Positions 59,101-64,000 of a DNA stretch of 64,000 nucleotides are shown in pieces. Under the pieces are notes generated by a model. It had not been told where the DNA came from. It saw only the letters and a program-made list of their open reading frames with translations, and did no database searches. This DNA is from Candidatus Woesearchaeota archaeon. GTDB taxonomy: Archaea > Nanobdellota > Nanobdellia > Woesearchaeales > DSVV01. A program made the position numbers and the translations under genes. The stretch covers positions 123,954-187,953 of the forward strand of contig JACRKF010000033.1 of NCBI GenBank assembly GCA_016219865.1. Direction: 5' to 3'. The first letter of the stretch is position 1, and each line of letters starts with the position of its first letter.

Positions 59101-62100
59101 AATGACAGCAATGGTTGGGTTGAAATGATTCAGTTAAATTTCTCAGAAGAGATTAATGATAGCAGTGTAGCTCAACAAATTGATCAGCTCCTTGCAGGAT
59201 TTGCAGGTAAAAATATAAATTTTTCAGTTGAGATAATCTCTCGTGATGGAGATCCTGCAATCAACTGGACAACAGGTTCAGTTGCAAATGATGCTCTTAT
59301 TTATATTAATTGGAGCACAACAAATGCAACACTCAATAGTACATATAACACATCAGCAACACCTAGAATAAATTATACAAAAGGTATTATATCAGATACA
59401 ATTGGAAATTTTGCTGAAACAAACGCATCAACAGCATCTACAAGAGGCAGTAACTCCGCTGATAACGCAGCTCCAGTTATTATGCACAAATATACAATTG
59501 ATAATGACAGCAATGGATATTTAGATGCAGTTGCAATTAACTTTTCAGAAAATATCAACGATTCAACAGTAGTTAGTACTGATTTTAATATTAGTTTAAT
59601 CAGTGGAAATGGTGTTGCAGTTGACTTCACATGGAATTATCACGGTGATTCAGGAAATAATACATTCATTTATCTGAACTGGTCATTTGTAAACACACAA
59701 TATAAAACAAATGGCACACCAACTGTAAATTATACATCTGGTTCATTAAAAGATTTAGCATCTAGGGCAGAGATTTCATTAGCAACAAGCACTTCTGGAT
59801 TAAACGCATTAGATAGAGCAGTTCCAAGAATCATGAACGTAACAACAGTTGATAATAACAGCAATGGTTGGTTGGAAATGTTGCAAGTGTATTGGTCTGA
59901 ACCAGTGAATGATAATTCATTCAAAGCTTTTGACTTTAATGTCAGTGGTGTAGGTTATGCAACAGCATCTGGTCTTGGTGTAGTTGATTCGCATATATTA
60001 AACTTCACTACAGGAACCTTTGCAAATGATGATATCATCTTTGTAAACTGGTCAATAAATAACACATTAGCTTACAGCACAGTGCATAACACAGGTGCAA
60101 CGCCAGCGATTAATTATACTGCTGGTAACTTATCAGATCTTGCAAATAATTTAGCAGCAACAAACACAACACCTATAACAGCATTAGATCGTGCTACTCC
60201 AAAAGTTATGGATATATTCACAGTTGATAACAACACAAATGGTTACCTTGATGCAGTTGGAATCAACTGGTCAGAAAACATCAATGATCAAACATTTGGT
60301 AATGTAACTAATTTCAACATTAGTCTTATTAATTCAATTGCAGCTGCAGTACGAGTTGACTTTACAACAAATTATCACGGCGACGCATTAAACAACAATG
60401 TTATTTACTTGAATTGGTCATATGCAAGTACAACATTCAACACAAGTGGGCGACCATTGGTGAATTATTCAGCAGGTAATTTATCAGATACAGCAAATAA
60501 TTTAGCGCCAAGCAATACAACTTCAATTACTGCAGCAGATCGCGCATCTCCAGTAATCTGGTCAGCAGTTGCTTCAGATAATACAACAGGATCAAACAGT
60601 TATGACTCAGATGATACTGTAACAATTACATTTAGCGAGCAGATTAACAATGCATCAGTTGGAAACGCATCACCATATATTGTGAATGGTACAAATGCAG
60701 AAGGTATTGAAGCATTGCTTGCAATAAATGGTACAAAGAAATGGAACAACATTTCCTCTGCATTATGGATTAATTCAAACCAAACATTAGTGATTACAGT
60801 ATATAATCAAAACTACACTAATATTAGTGTTGGTGATGTAATTACTCCAAATGGAACATTGCGTGATGTCTTTGGAAACATAATGGGGCAAGGCAACAAT
60901 AATGCAACATTGACTGGAACATTTGATGATACAATCGCTCCATACTTAACAAATGTGCAGACCTATGATAATGACAGCGATGGAAAGATTGATCAGATTA
61001 AGATTACATTAAATGAAGCTGTAATCAATAAGACAAATGCAACTGTAGCAACAACATTCCGTACAGGATTTACTGTTGAAGGATTTACAATAGCTGCATC
61101 GCAAAATGATTCAGGAACAGTAATTGTATTAAACTTAACAGAAACTTCAATCAATACAAGTATAAGACCATGGGTTGCGTACAACAGTGGCATTGGTAAC
61201 TTAACTGATCTTGGAACAAATGCAAACAAATTGGCAACTTTCAATGTAACTGCAAATGATTCAGCAGTTCCAGTTCCAGTGAATGTATCAACATACGATA
61301 ATGACAGTGATGGATTTATTGATTTAATCAATGTTACTTTCAGCGAGCAAGTAAATGATTCATCAATCAATAGATCAAATATCAACTGGACAGATGGTTT
61401 AGGTAATGATGAAATAGGTATTACTGGATTTAATACAGGAACTGGGTTTAATGACAGTTATGTTGAATTTACATTTACTGATAATAAGAACAACACAGGC
61501 GCATTGCCATTCTTCTTGTCAAATGGAACAGGAAGTTCAGATAGTCTAAACTTTATCCTGCAAGATATGGCTGCTGCAGGTGGTGGAAACTTCCTCAAAA
61601 CTGTTACTAACAATACTGTAACAGAAACAGATGGTGCAAAACCTGTGTTCATGCCATTAAATATCACAGATGGAAACTTCAGTAATATTACACGAATGGG
61701 AAGCAACAACGTAACAACATTGTGGTTTAATGTAAGTGAATCTGTAACAAGAATTTCAGTAGTTGTTGGCAATGTTACTGCAACATTGCAAAACAATGAG
61801 TCAACATTTAACAACTTCACATACAGATTAGTGCCAAACTCCTCGAACTCAATTGACACAACAACAGCAACAATAACTATTTCAGCGCTTGATACATCAG
61901 GTTTGAACGCAACAAACGCAACACAATCAGCAATATTCGATTACACGCCGCCTGTTATCTTAAATGTAACTGCGTATGATAGACCAAATGATGATGGTAG
62001 CCATATAAAAGTAATGTGGGGTTCAATACCAGTATCAGACTTTTTAAGATATAATATCTACATTGATGTTGTCAACTCAAGCAGTTTGTCAGGAAAAACA

Positions 62101-62772
62101 CCACATAATAGTACAATTACAAACAACGCAACAGTTAGAAACTTAATTGCAACTATTAACACAAGCAACTTAACAAATGGCGCAGTATATTATATTGCAG
62201 TAACAGCTGTTGACTTAGTTGGAAATGAAAACCAAACTGTTGTTATGGCAAATGCAACACCATATGATAACTCGCAGATTTCACCTACAGCAAACCAATG
62301 GAACTTAGTTTCAACAACACAAACATTGGCAAACACAACAAAAGGAGCTACGCTAAACAGTTCATATACAGTTTACTGGTACAATGACTCTGCATCAGCA
62401 TGGGCAAGTGCAGTAACATTAGATCAATACAAAGGTTACTGGTTATATGACAATGGTGTAGGATCAGCTATTAACTTGTCATTCAAGAACAATGCAGGGC
62501 CATCACCAACATTAGCGCAACAAAATTTAACTTTAGGTTGGAATTTAATTGGTTCATCAAGAGAAGCAGATTTACCTATAAATACTACATTAAATTCAAT
62601 TGCAGGTAAGTATAGTGTTGTTTATGAATATACAGTTGGTACTGGTTGGAGAACATACACTGCAGGTGCAACAACTACAAATAGTGCAACAGAATTCCTC
62701 AATATGACAGCAGGACGAGGATACTGGGTATTCATGACTTCAGCTGGAACATATAGTGGTGGAGACTTATAA
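56170..62772 (+). CDS. Giant (2200 aa) secreted repetitive beta-rich surface protein
   Basis: Signal peptide; about 11 modules with DxDxNGxxD..FSE..ND; many N-x-S/T sequons; C-terminal GWNL/GYW repeats. Confidence 0.85.
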   Translation: MEKKSILSIFLLISIVMFSSLAIASEIVLTGTSVVSPFNVTNASNGPSGGIPVLALKVWDNGSSTLDSVVVSVGNLTEDFSGDGDLATLGTGSSSGLQIYKDSNSNGVYESGTDARLTYLVTDWSSNTNNMQNVTFSSISGLTLPSTVPSTANVFVVIKMVATPSNGAQFNVSVLKGAVKSSGNATGTVNSTDVSSGRVYIDTLNPSIAAGLVNAQVNDTDRDGYVDQARLLFNENVNDSIISITGMSIGNLSNFTVSTSSGGYLMDGLTFWTGGTANDNELYVNFTENTLIRYTNQSFMTFNYSTNGTVKDMAGNSLQTITNRVLGDGAAPILLNITTNDTVLDGKVDALVLTFSEPINDTLFNMSASPVASLFSVANATWTGGYVNDAIMSINLSQSNTTKDGNFTGHFNATYGRVGIVADLSALNDGLANESKLWVGNITLFAIIDRVSPVLERFETLDTDNNGWLDAIRINLSESINDSTINQTVVNLFSVTLATGTNNETGASANMTGQLNFTATYASADSANNNFILFNFSEQFAKLNTSAGFALTYTSIGNGLCDFASGGVNCLVTNGTNASTGDKAPPVIMNGLTYNLTINLPFQGLSSNDSTIDYINLTLSERVTAGTTASSSFSLSVNTVNGSGIGNVLVLGTNNVTVASISANVTIGLNGLVVGTGNVTLNYSVVAGASINDSNGNTMIAKNGILITDNVRPVLYQADYLDNDSNGWVDAVRLNFTEPMNFSSLDAAVNKGVPSSRNFSIKGISTDLGGNINFTTEMNNTGNITGGVSSIVFLYWAGANRTHNTSPVLIMNISGVAAAAQSNTTPNGGNPLSDTSGRGFEVINETSIADKAAPVIMNGIAYDVDADGKIGNINLTLSEYVNSGQMNTSAFSIVVTDGTITGRNILTPVGVGITVGANVTISFADSVVGTGNVTLNYTMPSTGGNFNDTVGNLMDNKFSFAIIDNVTPKLLARNTMDNDSNGWVEMIQLNFSEEINDSSVAQQIDQLLAGFAGKNINFSVEIISRDGDPAINWTTGSVANDALIYINWSTTNATLNSTYNTSATPRINYTKGIISDTIGNFAETNASTASTRGSNSADNAAPVIMHKYTIDNDSNGYLDAVAINFSENINDSTVVSTDFNISLISGNGVAVDFTWNYHGDSGNNTFIYLNWSFVNTQYKTNGTPTVNYTSGSLKDLASRAEISLATSTSGLNALDRAVPRIMNVTTVDNNSNGWLEMLQVYWSEPVNDNSFKAFDFNVSGVGYATASGLGVVDSHILNFTTGTFANDDIIFVNWSINNTLAYSTVHNTGATPAINYTAGNLSDLANNLAATNTTPITALDRATPKVMDIFTVDNNTNGYLDAVGINWSENINDQTFGNVTNFNISLINSIAAAVRVDFTTNYHGDALNNNVIYLNWSYASTTFNTSGRPLVNYSAGNLSDTANNLAPSNTTSITAADRASPVIWSAVASDNTTGSNSYDSDDTVTITFSEQINNASVGNASPYIVNGTNAEGIEALLAINGTKKWNNISSALWINSNQTLVITVYNQNYTNISVGDVITPNGTLRDVFGNIMGQGNNNATLTGTFDDTIAPYLTNVQTYDNDSDGKIDQIKITLNEAVINKTNATVATTFRTGFTVEGFTIAASQNDSGTVIVLNLTETSINTSIRPWVAYNSGIGNLTDLGTNANKLATFNVTANDSAVPVPVNVSTYDNDSDGFIDLINVTFSEQVNDSSINRSNINWTDGLGNDEIGITGFNTGTGFNDSYVEFTFTDNKNNTGALPFFLSNGTGSSDSLNFILQDMAAAGGGNFLKTVTNNTVTETDGAKPVFMPLNITDGNFSNITRMGSNNVTTLWFNVSESVTRISVVVGNVTATLQNNESTFNNFTYRLVPNSSNSIDTTTATITISALDTSGLNATNATQSAIFDYTPPVILNVTAYDRPNDDGSHIKVMWGSIPVSDFLRYNIYIDVVNSSSLSGKTPHNSTITNNATVRNLIATINTSNLTNGAVYYIAVTAVDLVGNENQTVVMANATPYDNSQISPTANQWNLVSTTQTLANTTKGATLNSSYTVYWYNDSASAWASAVTLDQYKGYWLYDNGVGSAINLSFKNNAGPSPTLAQQNLTLGWNLIGSSREADLPINTTLNSIAGKYSVVYEYTVGTGWRTYTAGATTTNSATEFLNMTAGRGYWVFMTSAGTYSGGDL

Positions 62773-62790
62773 GGTAAATAGGTTGATACA

Positions 62791-63435
62791 ATGAAAACAA
62801 TCAACCAATTTTTTTTATTTTCTTTAATCTTATTAATTAGTTTTATTTTTAGCAATTTTGTTTTAGCAGAAGCAGCAACAAAAGAATTGCCTGCATTAAC
62901 GCAAGCTCCGCAAGGTGGTCCTCCTTTATTGCCGATGACTGTAATAGGAAAAGAAAGCGCAGTCAATGGAAAATTATGTTCAAATGAAACAATTATTGAA
63001 GCAGTAATTGATGGAAAAGTAAGAACTACGCGCAATTGTAATGCTGAGGGTAAATACACGCTAGCAATTGTAGGAACAGCTGATGATGCAGGAAAAGAAA
63101 TTTTATTTTTTGTTGATGGTGCTATTTTACAAAATAAAGACACATGGGCTTCAGGAAAAATAATTGCTGATTTTTCATTTGCAATTACAAGAGAATTAAA
63201 TCAAAAAGAATTGCAAAAGATTGCTGAAGAAGAACAAAAGAAGCAGCAGCAAGAGTTAGAGGAACAGCAAAAAGAAAAACAAAGGAAGATAATTACAGGA
63301 ATAATAATAGCTGTAATGTTAATATTTATCCTATTAATTGTATATTATGTTATCAGAAAACAAACAAAACAAAAAGTATATAAAGAATCAGATAATGTGA
63401 TTAGTAGTAACATCAGAAAGATTAAGAAAAAGTAA
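62791..63435 (+). CDS. Secreted protein with C-terminal membrane anchor
   Basis: Signal peptide, beta domain, coiled coil, TM, basic tail. Confidence 0.7.
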   Translation: MKTINQFFLFSLILLISFIFSNFVLAEAATKELPALTQAPQGGPPLLPMTVIGKESAVNGKLCSNETIIEAVIDGKVRTTRNCNAEGKYTLAIVGTADDAGKEILFFVDGAILQNKDTWASGKIIADFSFAITRELNQKELQKIAEEEQKKQQQELEEQQKEKQRKIITGIIIAVMLIFILLIVYYVIRKQTKQKVYKESDNVISSNIRKIKKK

Positions 63436-63448
63436 ATGGGGATTATAT

Positions 63449-64000
63449 ATGAATAAAAGAATAAGTAAAAAAATCATTAAATCTCTTCTAATAATGCTTT
63501 TATCTACTATTATATTCTCAGTTTCTCTTGTATTTGCAGCAACGTGTTCAGACAATCCGCCAGTTTTACCTAATTCTTTTTCAGGTACAGTTTTAGTAGC
63601 ATCTACAGTAGGTGGTACAAAATCAAATGCTTCAGTTGGAGCTGTGATTAGGGCTTATGTTGATTATGCATCAGATACAACAGCAGATGCAACATTTACT
63701 GTTACTTCAGCAGGAAATTATGAGATTGGTGTAACAGGTTGTTCAACAGATAATGGTAAGACAATCAATTTTACAGTTGATAGTGTTAATGCAAATGTAA
63801 CTTCTATTTTTTATTCAAATGGACCAGCGCCTCGAACAGTAGCAATGCTTGCAGAAGGTACAGTATCTTCTAATGGTAGCAGTAGTAGTTCAGGCGGTGG
63901 AGGTGGTGGTGGAGGGGGGACAATAAGTCCAGTAGCAGCTCCAGCACCAGCAGTTCCAGCAACACCTTCAATTCCTTCAGCACCAGCAGAATCTGCACCT
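63449..64000 (+). CDS. Secreted protein, 3' truncated by window edge
   Basis: MNKRISKK..SLVFA signal peptide, PPVLPNSFSGTV domain, poly-Gly and Pro/Ala linker; no stop before 64000. Confidence 0.7.
   Translation, partial: MNKRISKKIIKSLLIMLLSTIIFSVSLVFAATCSDNPPVLPNSFSGTVLVASTVGGTKSNASVGAVIRAYVDYASDTTADATFTVTSAGNYEIGVTGCSTDNGKTINFTVDSVNANVTSIFYSNGPAPRTVAMLAEGTVSSNGSSSSSGGGGGGGGGTISPVAAPAPAVPATPSIPSAPAESAP

Overview
AT-rich archaeal chromosomal segment, most consistent with a DPANN (Woesearchaeota-like) genome. The evidence is archaeal DnaG, ABCE1, HerA/Mre11, oapABC, deoxyhypusine synthase, an intron-containing tRNA and TATA-type promoters; the taxon call is an inference. The main accessory system is a diversity-generating retroelement (DGR) at about 1100-4272. 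Its 539-aa target gene carries a 3' VR (2605-2689) that differs from the TR (2929-3016) at 10 adenines plus one missing codon, and a DGR-type RT follows. The cassette has no avd gene. Instead a GC-richer, predicted base-paired ~160-nt leader with its own TATA box precedes TR and can pair with the spacer after TR. The RT has a single-A frameshift near its 5' end. Two inteins are present: an HNH-type one in deoxyhypusine synthase and a LAGLIDADG-type one in a HerA-like P-loop. Ten intergenic hairpins share a covarying GA-NN-loop-N'N'-GA core, all on the + strand, and a second REP-like palindrome family also inserts in-frame in genes. Nine CATTRYAATG 10-mers flank an AT-rich tract beside a coiled-coil/wHTH gene, a candidate origin or partition site. 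The right half holds glmM/U/S, a glycosylation cluster with four radical-SAM enzymes, and a 2200-aa sequon-rich surface protein. No CRISPR array or rRNA was seen. All calls come from reading motifs by eye; no database searches were run.
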